From NCBI RefSeq assembly GCF_023674465.1, contig NZ_CP098400.1, positions 1,414,801 through 1,454,800 on the forward strand: DNA of 40,000 bases, given 5' to 3'. The translations under genes were made by a program, and so were the position numbers. Under the pieces are notes generated by a model that had not been told where the DNA came from, did not search any database, and worked only from the letters and a program-made list of their open reading frames with translations. Of this stretch, positions 26,420 to 35,325 are shown in pieces. Source of the DNA: Xiashengella succiniciproducens. Its GTDB lineage: Bacteria > Bacteroidota > Bacteroidia > Bacteroidales > Marinilabiliaceae. How positions within the stretch are numbered: position 1 is the first letter of the stretch; each line of letters opens with the position of its first letter.

Positions 26420-27100
26420 ATGTTGAAAAATTACTATCAAATACTCGGATTATCGCCAGATTGCAACAAGGATGATATTAAGAAAGCATATAGAATATAT
26501 GCGACCAAATTTCATCCTGACAAGCAGAATAATGACAAATTTTTTGAAGAGAGATTCAAAGAGATAAAAGAGGCTTACGACATTTTAATTGATGATAGTA
26601 AAAGAGCACAATTTGATTCTCAATACAAAACATCAAATTATTCATCTTCTAATTTCAATCAATATAGAAATAAAAGCTCTTCGGTTGATGATTTACTAAG
26701 TGAACTAGAAAGAAAGGATAGAGAAAAAAAACAAAAAGAAAGGAATAAACGAAAAAAAGTCTTTTACACTAGTAAGGATTTAGTTTTAAATGGATTATAT
26801 GTAAATTGTGACGGTCGCAGTTACGAACTAACTGATTATGATAAATCAACAATAAGAAAAGATGATAACTCTAGTTTTGTATTTATCGGTATCGTTATGA
26901 TTATAATTGGGATAATTACAATTGCTTTCTTTATAGGTATATTTTTACTATTGTTTGGTATATATGCACTATTTTTTCGTGAATATTATGTTGTTCTAAT
27001 TGGTAAACAAGGAGATATACCATTGATTAAAGGGCGCAAGGCAAAAATGAGAAAGATTTCAAGACTTATTAATAGAGCGATTGAAGAGAATGATAAATGA
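26420..27100 (+). CDS. J-domain (DnaJ-like) protein with a C-terminal membrane anchor
   Basis: 226-aa ORF with YYQILGL...KKAYRIYATKFHPDK (HPD motif), a KE-rich linker and two hydrophobic helices (FVFIGIVMIIIGIITIAFFIGIFLLLFGIYALFF). Confidence 0.8.
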   Translation: MLKNYYQILGLSPDCNKDDIKKAYRIYATKFHPDKQNNDKFFEERFKEIKEAYDILIDDSKRAQFDSQYKTSNYSSSNFNQYRNKSSSVDDLLSELERKDREKKQKERNKRKKVFYTSKDLVLNGLYVNCDGRSYELTDYDKSTIRKDDNSSFVFIGIVMIIIGIITIAFFIGIFLLLFGIYALFFREYYVVLIGKQGDIPLIKGRKAKMRKISRLINRAIEENDK

Positions 27101-27105
27101 AATAC

Positions 27106-27239
27106 GCAACACAACAAACAATATAACCAATGTCGGTCGCAGTGGTGGCTTGAAAGCGTCTGCCCCGCTCAAAGTTTTGTAACGGTTGACAGTGATGTCG
27201 CCCGCAAACCGCCACTGGTTATATTGCAAACCGTTAGCG
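27106..27239 (+). repeat. Integron attC site 16
   Basis: R'' GCAACACAAC (27106-27115) is the reverse complement of GTTGTGTTGC at 26379-26388. R' GTTAGCG lies at 27233-27239. The interior is nearly identical to attC3. Confidence 0.85.
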
Positions 27240-27286
27240 GTCATGCTAAAACAACACCCAAAACAATAGATTAACAAACAAAAAAT

Positions 27287-29308
27287 ATGGAACACTCAGA
27301 GCATAATCATACCGAAAGCACCCACACACATAACCACCATTCCGAACACAGTGGCTCTGGACACGATAAACACGCAGGACATAATATTGCCGATTTTTGG
27401 AAGCGATTTGTAATCTGTTCGATTGTGTCCATTCCTGTACTTGCCTTGTCGCACATGATACAGCAGTGGTTAGGATTTGAAGTCACTTTTGAAGGCGACA
27501 AATATGTGTTAGCCCTTCTTTCCACTTTCATATTCTTATATGGCGGTTACCCTTTTCTAAAAGGGCTGTATGACGAAGTAAAAGATAAGGCCATTGGTAT
27601 GATGACACTGATTGGCGTTGCAATTACAGTTGCCTGGGCTTACAGTGTTGCTATCACTTTTGGTTTGCAGGGTATGGACTTTTATTGGGAAATGGTGACT
27701 CTGATAGACATCATGCTCATTGGCCATTACTTTGAGATGAAGTCGGTTATGGGTGCTTCTCGCTCATTGGAATTGCTCGTAAAAATGATGCCTTCCACTG
27801 CACACCATATTAAGGACGGGAACATTCACGATATGCCGGTCAGTCAATTGAAAATTGACGATATGGTACTGGTGAAGCCGGGCGAGAAAGTTCCGGTAGA
27901 CGGTATAGTAATAGAAGGGGAAAGTTATGTGGACGAGAGTATGCTCACAGGTGAGAGCAAACCTGTAAAGAAAGAAAAAGACAGCAAAGTAATAGGTGGG
28001 GCAGTAAATAGTAATGGGTCTTTAACCATTAGAGTGGTAAGCATTGGAAAAGACAGTTACCTAAACAAAGTAGTGAAACTCGTTGAAGATGCACAAAAAA
28101 TAAAATCCAAGACACAAAACTTTGCCGACCGTGCCGCAAAGGTTTTGACTTTCGTTGCCCTGGGCGGTGGTGTCATTACGTTTGTTGTTTGGTTGCTGTT
28201 AGGGTTTCCTTTTGTATTTGCATTGGAAAGGATGGTTACGGTAATGGTTATTTCCTGCCCGCATGCCTTAGGTTTGGCAGTGCCTTTGGTGGTTGCCATT
28301 TCAACATCCATTTCTGCACAAAAAGGTTTGCTCATTCGCAACAGAACTGCTTTTGAAAATGCTCGATTGATAACAACCATTGTTTTCGACAAGACAGGAA
28401 CACTTACAAAAGGTTCTCATGAATTGCAGGAAGTGAAGGTATTGGGTAATGGATTTGATAAAAACGAATTACTCCGTTTGGCATCAGGTGTTGAACAACA
28501 TTCTGAACATTATATCGCTGCGGGTTTTTTGCGAAAAGTAAAGGAATTGAAAATCAAAATTCCAAAAGCAGAAAATTTCAATTACTTGCCTGGAAAAGGA
28601 TTAGAAGGAAATGTGGAAGGAAAAGAAATAAAAGTAGTCGGACCAAATTACCTGAAAGAACAAAACATTAGCGTGACCGATACAACCAATGATTTTACAG
28701 GAACAGTTGTTTATATTCTGATTGACAAAGAAGTAGCAGGATATTTTACCTTCTCTGACCAAATTAGGGAAAGCTCTTTTGAAGCCATTCAAATATTAAA
28801 AGAAGCAAGTATTAAAAACTTGCTTCTTACTGGGGACAATGAAAAAGTAGCCAAGAAAGTGTGTGATGAATTGAAAATGGACGGCTACATAGCCAACGTA
28901 TTACCTCACGATAAATTAGAGAAAGTAAAAGAATTACAAACCAAAGGGGAATATGTTGCCATGACAGGCGATGGAGTGAATGATGCACCTGCACTGGCAC
29001 AAGCAGATGTGGGAATTGCTGTTGGTTCAGGAACAGATGTGGCAGCAGAAACAGCAGACATTATACTTGTAAACTCCGACCCAAAAGACATTGCCAACCT
29101 GATATTATTTGGTAAGGCTACGTATAATAAAATGATACAAAACCTCTGGTGGGCTGCGGGTTATAATATACTTGCAATCCCTTTAGCAGCAGGTGTATTA
29201 TACAAGTGGGGATTTATGTTAAGTCCTGCAATTGGTGCTGTTTTGATGAGTTTAAGCACTATTGTAGTAGCAATAAATGCACAGCTATTAAAAAGACGAC
29301 TGACATGA
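27287..29308 (+). CDS. copB: CopB-type P1B heavy-metal (copper) translocating P-type ATPase
   Basis: 673-aa ORF with a His-rich N-terminus (HSEHNHTESTHTHNHHSEHSGSGHDKHAGH). It has TGES, the CPH transmembrane motif (SCPHALGLA), DKTGTLT and GDGVNDAP. Confidence 0.9.
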   Translation: MEHSEHNHTESTHTHNHHSEHSGSGHDKHAGHNIADFWKRFVICSIVSIPVLALSHMIQQWLGFEVTFEGDKYVLALLSTFIFLYGGYPFLKGLYDEVKDKAIGMMTLIGVAITVAWAYSVAITFGLQGMDFYWEMVTLIDIMLIGHYFEMKSVMGASRSLELLVKMMPSTAHHIKDGNIHDMPVSQLKIDDMVLVKPGEKVPVDGIVIEGESYVDESMLTGESKPVKKEKDSKVIGGAVNSNGSLTIRVVSIGKDSYLNKVVKLVEDAQKIKSKTQNFADRAAKVLTFVALGGGVITFVVWLLLGFPFVFALERMVTVMVISCPHALGLAVPLVVAISTSISAQKGLLIRNRTAFENARLITTIVFDKTGTLTKGSHELQEVKVLGNGFDKNELLRLASGVEQHSEHYIAAGFLRKVKELKIKIPKAENFNYLPGKGLEGNVEGKEIKVVGPNYLKEQNISVTDTTNDFTGTVVYILIDKEVAGYFTFSDQIRESSFEAIQILKEASIKNLLLTGDNEKVAKKVCDELKMDGYIANVLPHDKLEKVKELQTKGEYVAMTGDGVNDAPALAQADVGIAVGSGTDVAAETADIILVNSDPKDIANLILFGKATYNKMIQNLWWAAGYNILAIPLAAGVLYKWGFMLSPAIGAVLMSLSTIVVAINAQLLKRRLT

Positions 29309-29345
29309 GAAAATCAAGTTACATAGACGCAGAAAAGAAGCACGA

Positions 29346-29479
29346 ACCGCTAACAGGCGTTTGGCTCAATGGCGGGTGACGTGGTTAATTGAACATTGTA
29401 CCTCGCATCAACTTTTGTGGTGTATTGACAGTTTTGTGCTCCGAAACCCGCCACTGCGCCAAGCGCCAAAACGATAGTG
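29346..29479 (+). repeat. Integron attC site 17 with a mutated crossover triplet (GAT instead of GTT)
   Basis: R'' ACCGCTAAC (29346-29354) is the reverse complement of GTTAGCGGT at 27233-27241. The arms AGGCGTTTGGCTCAATGGCGGG and CCCGCCACTGCGCCAAGCGCCAAAAC pair. The R' position reads GATAGTG (29473-29479). Confidence 0.8.
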
Positions 29480-29497
29480 GCAAGGCTATGACGACAC

Positions 29498-29526
29498 AAC
29501 CCGACAGACAAATCGGGTTCTTTTTG
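29498..29526 (+). terminator. Rho-independent terminator-like hairpin at the start of the metal cassette
   Basis: AACCCGA (29498-29504), an 8-nt loop and TCGGGTT (29513-19) are followed by CTTTTT. Confidence 0.45.
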
Positions 29527-29567
29527 ATGTTTCGTATTTTAGTAGTTGCTTAAATAAGCTAATTGAC

Positions 29568-29575
29568 TACCTTTG
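29568..29575 (+). promoter_or_regulatory. Possible Bacteroidota -7 promoter box (TAnnTTTG) for the ArsR-family operon
   Basis: TACCTTTG ends 4 nt before the ATG at 29580, which would imply a leaderless or near-leaderless transcript. No clear -33 TTTG was seen. Confidence 0.25.
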
Positions 29576-29579
29576 TACT

Positions 29580-29954
29580 ATGGACAACAATTCTTGCATA
29601 CGACAACAAGCGGACATTAAACAAATAAATCGCTGTAAAGACAGAGTTTCAGAACTCAACGGCTCATTTGACTATTTATCAAACGGACTTGAATTGGCAG
29701 GAAACAACGTAAGACTGAAAATTCTCTTTCTGATCTATGAAGAAAAACGACTTTGTGTTTGTGATATAAGCGATATTCTTGGTATGACAATTTCAGCGGT
29801 TTCACAACACTTGCGAAAACTCAAAGACAGAAAACTCATTGAAACAGAAAGAGAAGCTCAAACCATTTTTTACTCATTAACAAAAGAGTATGAAAAAATG
29901 CTGAAACCGTTTTTCAAAATACTTGACGAAAACAAAATTTTGGAAACATTATGA
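29580..29954 (+). CDS. ArsR/SmtB-family metal-sensing transcriptional repressor
   Basis: 124-aa ORF with the metal-site motif LCVCD followed by an HTH (ISDILGMTISAVSQHLRKLKDRKLI). Confidence 0.85.
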   Translation: MDNNSCIRQQADIKQINRCKDRVSELNGSFDYLSNGLELAGNNVRLKILFLIYEEKRLCVCDISDILGMTISAVSQHLRKLKDRKLIETEREAQTIFYSLTKEYEKMLKPFFKILDENKILETL

Positions 29955-30550
29955 AAACAGACAACAAACTAATTGGAGCAGGACTTTTAACAGCAATTGC
30001 AGCTTCATTGTGTTGCATTACACCTGTTTTGGCTCTCATTGCAGGAACAAGCGGACTTGCCTCAACTTTTTCTTGGCTTGAACCTTTCCGACCGTATTTT
30101 ATCGGAATGACAATTTTAGTGCTTGGTTTTGCTTGGTATCAAAAGTTGAAACCAAAAAAGCAAATTGACTGCAACTGTGAGACAGAAGAAAAACCAAAAT
30201 TCATTCAGTCAAAAATGTTTTTAGGAATAGTAACGGGATTTGCCATCGTTATGCTTGCTTTTCCATACTATTCAAGTGTTTTTTACTCAAAGGCTGAAAA
30301 GCAAATCATAGTAGTGGACAAATCCAATATTAAAAAAATAGAATTTACGATTAGCGGTATGACTTGTGAAAGTTGTGGCGAACACGTAAATCACGAAGTA
30401 AATAAATTGACAGGAATAATAAGTTCAAACGCATCTTACGAAAATGAAAATGCAATCGTAGAATTTGACAACTCAAAAACAAACATTTCTGAAATCGAAA
30501 AAGCAATAAACTCAACAGGATATTCTGTAGCTGACAAAAAAGAAAATTAA
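29951..30550 (+). CDS. merTP: MerTP-type mercuric ion transporter (MerT-like membrane domain fused to an HMA/MerP domain)
   Basis: 199-aa ORF. The first TM helix carries a CC pair (AASLCCITPVLALIAG). The C-terminal HMA domain has GMTCESCGEHV. It overlaps the regulator gene by 4 nt. Confidence 0.8.
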   Translation: MKTDNKLIGAGLLTAIAASLCCITPVLALIAGTSGLASTFSWLEPFRPYFIGMTILVLGFAWYQKLKPKKQIDCNCETEEKPKFIQSKMFLGIVTGFAIVMLAFPYYSSVFYSKAEKQIIVVDKSNIKKIEFTISGMTCESCGEHVNHEVNKLTGIISSNASYENENAIVEFDNSKTNISEIEKAINSTGYSVADKKEN

Positions 30551-30551
30551 A

Positions 30552-30758
30552 ATGGAAATCAAATTACAATCAACAATAACTTGTCCCAACTGCGGACACA
30601 AGAAAGAAGAAACAATGCCGACAGACGCTTGTCAATATTTTTACGAATGTGAAAAATGTAAACAAGTTCTAAAACCAAAACAAGGCGACTGCTGTGTTTA
30701 TTGTAGTTACGGAAGTGTTGCTTGTCCACTAATTCAGCAGGACAAAAAATGTTGCTAA
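30552..30758 (+). CDS. GDCCVxC-domain small cysteine-rich protein
   Basis: 68-aa ORF with CPNCGH...CEKC and KQGDCCVYCSYGSVACP. It starts 1 nt after the merTP stop. Confidence 0.75.
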   Translation: MEIKLQSTITCPNCGHKKEETMPTDACQYFYECEKCKQVLKPKQGDCCVYCSYGSVACPLIQQDKKCC

Positions 30759-30781
30759 CAGACGAATAACAAAGAAGCCCA

Positions 30782-30914
30782 GCCACTAACAGCGGTTTGG
30801 CAAAAGTGGCGGTTCAGTTCTTCGTATGACAGTTTATCGTAAATTTGAAGAGTGTGCTTCGTATGAACATTTGTGGTAAAATCGCCACCTTCGCCAAGCC
30901 GCGAAACGTTACCA
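30782..30914 (+). repeat. Integron attC site 18
   Basis: The reverse complement of R'' GCCACTAAC (30782-30790) is GTTAGTGGC. The cassette start instead reads GATAGTGGC (29473-29481). R' GTTACCA lies at 30908-30914. Confidence 0.85.
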
Positions 30915-30990
30915 CACATTTTAAAAAAGACAGAATATGACAACATTAACATTGACAAAAGACTAAATCCGAGAAATAATTGGGAAAAAA

Positions 30991-31626
30991 ATGTGGATTG
31001 ATGACCAACAAGTCCTTGCAGCGAAATTGGACTATGTGAGTGGAATTGCTGTATTTGATGAGATACTTGATGGAAAGACGCTCAAGGAAATAGATGCAGT
31101 AATTCATCTTGAAAAATATCCGAAAGGACTTCTTTTCAAAATAGCGAGGGGTTTTGGTGGAATAATAACACATCCATTTCCAGTTGCGAAAAATGAAATC
31201 AAACAAGTCGTACTTGCTGAGTCAACTGAAAGTAGTGGAAAATTGACATTTGACTTGACTGATGGGAATAAAATTGAGTTCGATATTAAGAAAGGAAAAC
31301 TTTGGGAAGTTAAGGACTTTTTTAAAGAGATTAAACTCAATTACGAAATAGAGAAAACTAAGAAACCAGTTATACCAACAGAAAAGAAGCCTGTAAGCAC
31401 ACAAAAACATGGTGTTCCTACTTTGATTTCATTTTTTGTGCCAGGCGTAGGACAACTAATCAAAGGACATATAATGAAAGCTATTGGAATTTGGGTAATT
31501 GGCGGACTTGTTGGATTTTTCCTCTGGTGGACATTTATAGCACCATTCATTGTATGGGTTTGGAATGTATATGATGCCTATAATTCTAATGCGGACTGGG
31601 GCGCTGGTGATGCTCGGGCATCTTGA
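30991..31626 (+). CDS. Hypothetical membrane-anchored protein; the 3' end runs into a G+C-rich insertion
   Basis: 211-aa ORF with a soluble N-domain and two C-terminal TM helices (TM2-like). The last 12 or so codons (...NADWGAGDARAS) lie beyond the composition shift at about 31591. Confidence 0.6.
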   Translation: MWIDDQQVLAAKLDYVSGIAVFDEILDGKTLKEIDAVIHLEKYPKGLLFKIARGFGGIITHPFPVAKNEIKQVVLAESTESSGKLTFDLTDGNKIEFDIKKGKLWEVKDFFKEIKLNYEIEKTKKPVIPTEKKPVSTQKHGVPTLISFFVPGVGQLIKGHIMKAIGIWVIGGLVGFFLWWTFIAPFIVWVWNVYDAYNSNADWGAGDARAS

Positions 31627-34200
31627 TTGTGAGTGGCTTGACTTTTTTGTCGGGATGGGTTATATTGGGGCTTATTGCTTTAATAACCTTTACTCTGCCC
31701 TGCTGATGGCTCGTTTATTTGTCTTTCCTGTTTTGCATAAGGGGTGTCGTCGCCTCGCTTTGAAGCCGGATGCTTATTTGCCGGATTCTGATTTTAATGT
31801 TATTACGCGTGGTTTGCCTGGGCGTGCCTATAGTAAATCTTTGAGGTGTTGGCATGTGCCGTTTCGGGAGAATTACCGCCATTGGCTGAGTGAGGTGTAT
31901 GAACGGGCTGCTGATTTGGAACTTGTTTTTGGGGATGGGGGAAAGGTGGCTGAACGGGATGATAAACCGGAAAAAGCTATGGATGCAGATGTACATTCAC
32001 TTGTGGAAAGTCCAACTGAAATTAGGGTTGCGGATGATGTTTCCGTTGCTTCAGAGCTGCTTGCGAGGGTGCTGGTGGATAAGGTGAATAAGAGGTTTTA
32101 TGTTGAGCACAGTTATCATTCTGCTGTTTTTAACTCTTTGGCTCGTTTAAATGTAGGGACCTATGTGTCGACCGACCGTCGTTGGGTTTTTCCGGGCGAT
32201 AATGTGATTTATTTGCAGGTGCTGGATGTTTTGAAGGGGTTTGGCTTTAAACCACGGGTGCTTACGTTGGAGAAATCTGCTGAGCCAGCTGCTCTCCCGG
32301 CTGGTTTTGAGCTGCCAGTCAGGCGGTTTGATGAGGCGATGTTGTTGCGTCGTTTGAGCTTTCGAACGCAGGAAATTTACAAGAGTTGTTTTCTTCTTTT
32401 TTTGAAGGATCATCAGGGCAGGATTGTTGATGAGTTGACTTACAGTGAATTGTATGGCTATTTGAAGCGGCAGTCTGTTCTGCTGTCTTCAACGCAGCTT
32501 AAGCAAATGATTGCTGCGGTAAAGTTTTATTATGAGCGGACGCTGGGCAGGGACAAGATGTTTTTTCCGCTGGCGGAAAAAACGGAGGTGCGAAAATCTA
32601 CGCTCTTCCTTCCGTATGCCGAAATTCGCTCTTTGCTGGATGGAATTGCTTCGCCCGGCGATAGGATGTTGCTCTTCCTGGTGTATCATGCCAATCTGCC
32701 CTTAAACCAAATTTGTGCTTTGCCGAAGGATGCGGAGAACCTTTTTGAGGAGGACTGCCGTATGCCGGGGAATAATGAGTTGGCCTTGGCTTATTATGCC
32801 GATTTGGTTGCGGAGTTGAAACGGACTTATGACCTGGCGACTTTTTTGTTGGAGGACAAGGGGGTGCCTTATTCTGTGGAGTCGTTAAAGGGGAAGTTGT
32901 ACCGGATTTTGGGGCATTATCGCTTGGAGGAAATTTATCGGAAGCAATATGAGGTAATTTTGAAGCAGAGTAGCTTGAGCTCGAAGACGCAGGTGATGTA
33001 CCTGGGTGCTTTTATGCGGTTTTTGGATTATTACAATTATAAGCACCCGGCTTTTATTAAGGACGATGAGGTGCGTGATTACCTGTTGTTGCACCGGGGG
33101 AAGTCGAGTGCTCACCAGGACAACCTGGTGAGCAGTTTTAAGTTCTTTTTTGAACGCATCCATAATCATACGCTTTCGGACAAGCATGTGGTGCGTCCCC
33201 GAAAGGGTTTTTATCTGCCCGACTTTTTTTCTCTGTCGGAGATTTCGGCCATGCTTAACACGACCGACAATTTAAAGCATAAGCTGCTGATTGCCATCGG
33301 TTACACCGCTGGTTTGCGCCGTTCTGAAATACGTAATTTGCGCTTATGTGATGTGGATTTGAAGCGCAATTTGCTGTTTATTAAGGATTCGAAGGGTAAA
33401 CGCGACCGCTATACTTTGTTTTCGCAGCACTTGCATGAATGGCTCAAATCTTATTTGAATCAGGCAAAGCCCAAAGTTTTTCTTTTTGAGGGCCCTAGTC
33501 CCGGTACGCAATACAGTACCACCAGTATGGCGGTAATTTTAAAGAAGATGGCCAAGGCTGCCGGCATTAAACGAAAGGTGCATATGCATATGCTGCGACA
33601 TAGTTTTGCTACGCATTTATTGGAAGAAGGTCGCGATGTCAGGTACGTGCAGGAGCTGCTTGGACATAAAAGCATCAAAACCACGGAGCGTTATACGCAT
33701 GTAGTAAGTGATGCGCTGCTTAATGTAGCCAGTCCCTTCGACCGTATGGTTGCCCAAACAGGTTTTGCTGGTAAAAAGCCCCACAGCCCACCTTAATGCG
33801 CATAGCTTTTTTTGCCTTCTCCTTTGTAGGTTGCATTCGGTTTGCCACCTACCCGATGTTGTTCTTTCTGCTTCAATAGCCTGAAGGGAGTAGTTTGTGC
33901 TATGCAATTTTTCGCTTTACTGGTCGATTATTTGACTTTTTGTTGCGCTAATTGCTCCTATTATATGCCGATGTCTTGCCTTTGTGTGTTGTATTGTGCT
34001 GTTGTTTATTGATTTGAGTGTTTAGTAAGAGTCATTAATTTAATATTGCAAATGTTAATAATTTTTGCAATTATTGTATGGTGATTTACACCGACCTAAT
34101 TCCTTAACCTGGCCGCAATGTGACTGAGGAAGACGAAGTCGTGCCAAGATTCAGTGTTTTGAACTTGCAACTCGTTTGTTTTGCACTTTAAGCTCTCTTT
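31591..34200 (+). mobile_element. G+C-rich inserted island carrying a long tyrosine recombinase (boundaries approximate, right end uncertain)
   Basis: Composition shifts sharply at about 31590. The host cassette has lost its expected R'' box (GTGTGGTAAC is absent). The palindrome ATTGCAAA...TTTGCAAT lies at 34045-34071. Confidence 0.5.
31706..33796 (+). CDS. Long tyrosine recombinase/integrase (about 696 aa) with an N-terminal domain, two SAM-like core-binding segments and a catalytic domain
   Basis: The start is taken at the Met at 31706, because the 31550 start overlaps the previous gene. The N-terminus VFPVLHKGCRRLALKP...LRCWHVPF resembles Bacteroidota integrase N-domains. The catalytic domain has AGLRRSEIRNL, KGKRDR, HMLRHSFATHLL and LLGHKSIKTTERYTHV. 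Confidence 0.75.
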   Translation: MARLFVFPVLHKGCRRLALKPDAYLPDSDFNVITRGLPGRAYSKSLRCWHVPFRENYRHWLSEVYERAADLELVFGDGGKVAERDDKPEKAMDADVHSLVESPTEIRVADDVSVASELLARVLVDKVNKRFYVEHSYHSAVFNSLARLNVGTYVSTDRRWVFPGDNVIYLQVLDVLKGFGFKPRVLTLEKSAEPAALPAGFELPVRRFDEAMLLRRLSFRTQEIYKSCFLLFLKDHQGRIVDELTYSELYGYLKRQSVLLSSTQLKQMIAAVKFYYERTLGRDKMFFPLAEKTEVRKSTLFLPYAEIRSLLDGIASPGDRMLLFLVYHANLPLNQICALPKDAENLFEEDCRMPGNNELALAYYADLVAELKRTYDLATFLLEDKGVPYSVESLKGKLYRILGHYRLEEIYRKQYEVILKQSSLSSKTQVMYLGAFMRFLDYYNYKHPAFIKDDEVRDYLLLHRGKSSAHQDNLVSSFKFFFERIHNHTLSDKHVVRPRKGFYLPDFFSLSEISAMLNTTDNLKHKLLIAIGYTAGLRRSEIRNLRLCDVDLKRNLLFIKDSKGKRDRYTLFSQHLHEWLKSYLNQAKPKVFLFEGPSPGTQYSTTSMAVILKKMAKAAGIKRKVHMHMLRHSFATHLLEEGRDVRYVQELLGHKSIKTTERYTHVVSDALLNVASPFDRMVAQTGFAGKKPHSPP

Positions 34201-34289
34201 CTAGGTTCTTCTGTTTCCTCATAACCAAATATATCTATTTTGTCTATATCCTCGTTACATGAGGCACTTACACTTATATTTCCCTCCTT

Positions 34290-34333
34290 ACATAATACTC
34301 CTAAACGCAATAGCGTTTATTTGGGTGTTGTAC
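34290..34333 (+). repeat. Right-end remnant of attC site 19
   Basis: R' GTTGTAC (34327-34333) is supported by the R'' ACGGTACAAC of attC20, which matches it as a reverse complement at 9 of 10 positions. The left half with the expected R'' was not found. Confidence 0.5.
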
Positions 34334-34376
34334 CGCATGCAAAAACCGAAGTGCAATTAACTTGGATTATAGATAA

Positions 34377-34649
34377 GTGAAAAAGATTCATATAGATAAA
34401 AACGGACGTGAATTCATAAAAGAGACTTACTTCGTTGGTGGAAAAATGAAATTCCGAAGAGTTTATGTAATTGATGGCATTCCGGCCGATGAATTTTACG
34501 AGAAAAATGCGACTGACTTGGACTTCTATTTGAATGGAGACTATGAGTTAATAAATAGCGCAAAAGATTTTAATAATCATTTCAAAGAGCAAGACAACAA
34601 AGAACCTGATTCGGTTGATAATGAAGGTTTAGAAAACCTGCCTTTTTAA
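34377..34649 (+). CDS. Hypothetical small protein
   Basis: 90-aa ORF with a GTG start. First of two ORFs in its cassette. Confidence 0.45.
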   Translation: MKKIHIDKNGREFIKETYFVGGKMKFRRVYVIDGIPADEFYEKNATDLDFYLNGDYELINSAKDFNNHFKEQDNKEPDSVDNEGLENLPF

Positions 34650-34675
34650 AACCTTGACAATCAGAAAGAATAATA

Positions 34676-35161
34676 ATGAAGCATTACCATTTACATAATC
34701 GACCAAATAGAGAACTGACTAAAAAATCAGACATTGATAGAATCCTTGAAAAAGGAAAATTTGCTGTGATTTCAATGTGTCGAGAGAATGAACCGTATAT
34801 CGTCACGCTTAGTTATGGATATGATGCCGAAAATGATACACTTTATTTTCACTGCGCTAAAAATGGTCTCAAGTTGGATTTTTTGAATTCTAACAAAAAT
34901 GTTTGTGCGACAGTAATTGAGGATAAAGGATATGTAATGGACGAATGCGGACATGAATATGAATCTGTTGTTTTCTGGGGTGATATGCAAATTGTAAAAG
35001 ATTTGCACGAAAAGAAACATGGTATGAGCATTTTACTTCTTCATTTAGAGGAGAAGGATTCGGTAATCAAAGAAAAGCAGTTGAAATCGGATGACTATTA
35101 CTCAAAAATGGAAATTTTGAAACTTAGAGTTAGACAGATTCACGGAAAAGCTGGACGATAA
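34676..35161 (+). CDS. Pyridoxamine 5'-phosphate oxidase-family (Nim-like) flavin-binding protein
   Basis: 161-aa ORF. NRELTKKSDIDRILEKGKFAVISMCRENEPYIVTLSYGYD...LYFHCAKNGLKLDFL matches the PNPOx/Pyridox_ox_2 N-terminal pattern. Confidence 0.7.
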   Translation: MKHYHLHNRPNRELTKKSDIDRILEKGKFAVISMCRENEPYIVTLSYGYDAENDTLYFHCAKNGLKLDFLNSNKNVCATVIEDKGYVMDECGHEYESVVFWGDMQIVKDLHEKKHGMSILLLHLEEKDSVIKEKQLKSDDYYSKMEILKLRVRQIHGKAGR

Positions 35162-35175
35162 TATAATAATGCACG

Positions 35176-35317
35176 ACGGTACAACATGCTGTGATACGGC
35201 AGCCGGGGCTCCACAGCATATAGTGGGTTTCGTTCTCGCCCGTCAGTCGCGCTTGGCCTGAAATTTTCGTAACTGGCAGAAATGCCCCGGCCGACCGCAT
35301 ACAGCCGGGCGTTAGCA
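35176..35317 (+). repeat. Integron attC site 20 (G+C-rich, 142 bp)
   Basis: R'' ACGGTACAAC (35176-35185) pairs with GTTGTACCGC at 34327-34336 (9 of 10). The arms ATGCTGTGATACGGCAGCCGGGG and CCCCGGCCGACCGCATACAGCCGGGC pair. R' GTTAGCA lies at 35311-35317. Confidence 0.8.
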
Positions 35318-35325
35318 CACATATT

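Noticed and set aside
29580-30758. Calling this a complete mer operon.
   Set aside because: Only a regulator, a MerTP-type transporter and a GDCCVxC protein are present. No mercuric reductase (merA) ORF exists anywhere in the window.
31550-31705. The annotated start of the 748-aa recombinase ORF at 31550.
   Set aside because: This stretch overlaps the end of the preceding gene and crosses the composition boundary. The recognisable integrase N-domain begins right after the Met at 31706.
34217-34264. Palindrome CCTCATAAC...CGTTACATGAGG considered as an extra short attC, or as the missing left half of attC19.
   Set aside because: Its AAC-box does not complement the start of cassette 19 (GTTACCACAC). 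The arms between the boxes pair poorly, and no cassette logic fits.
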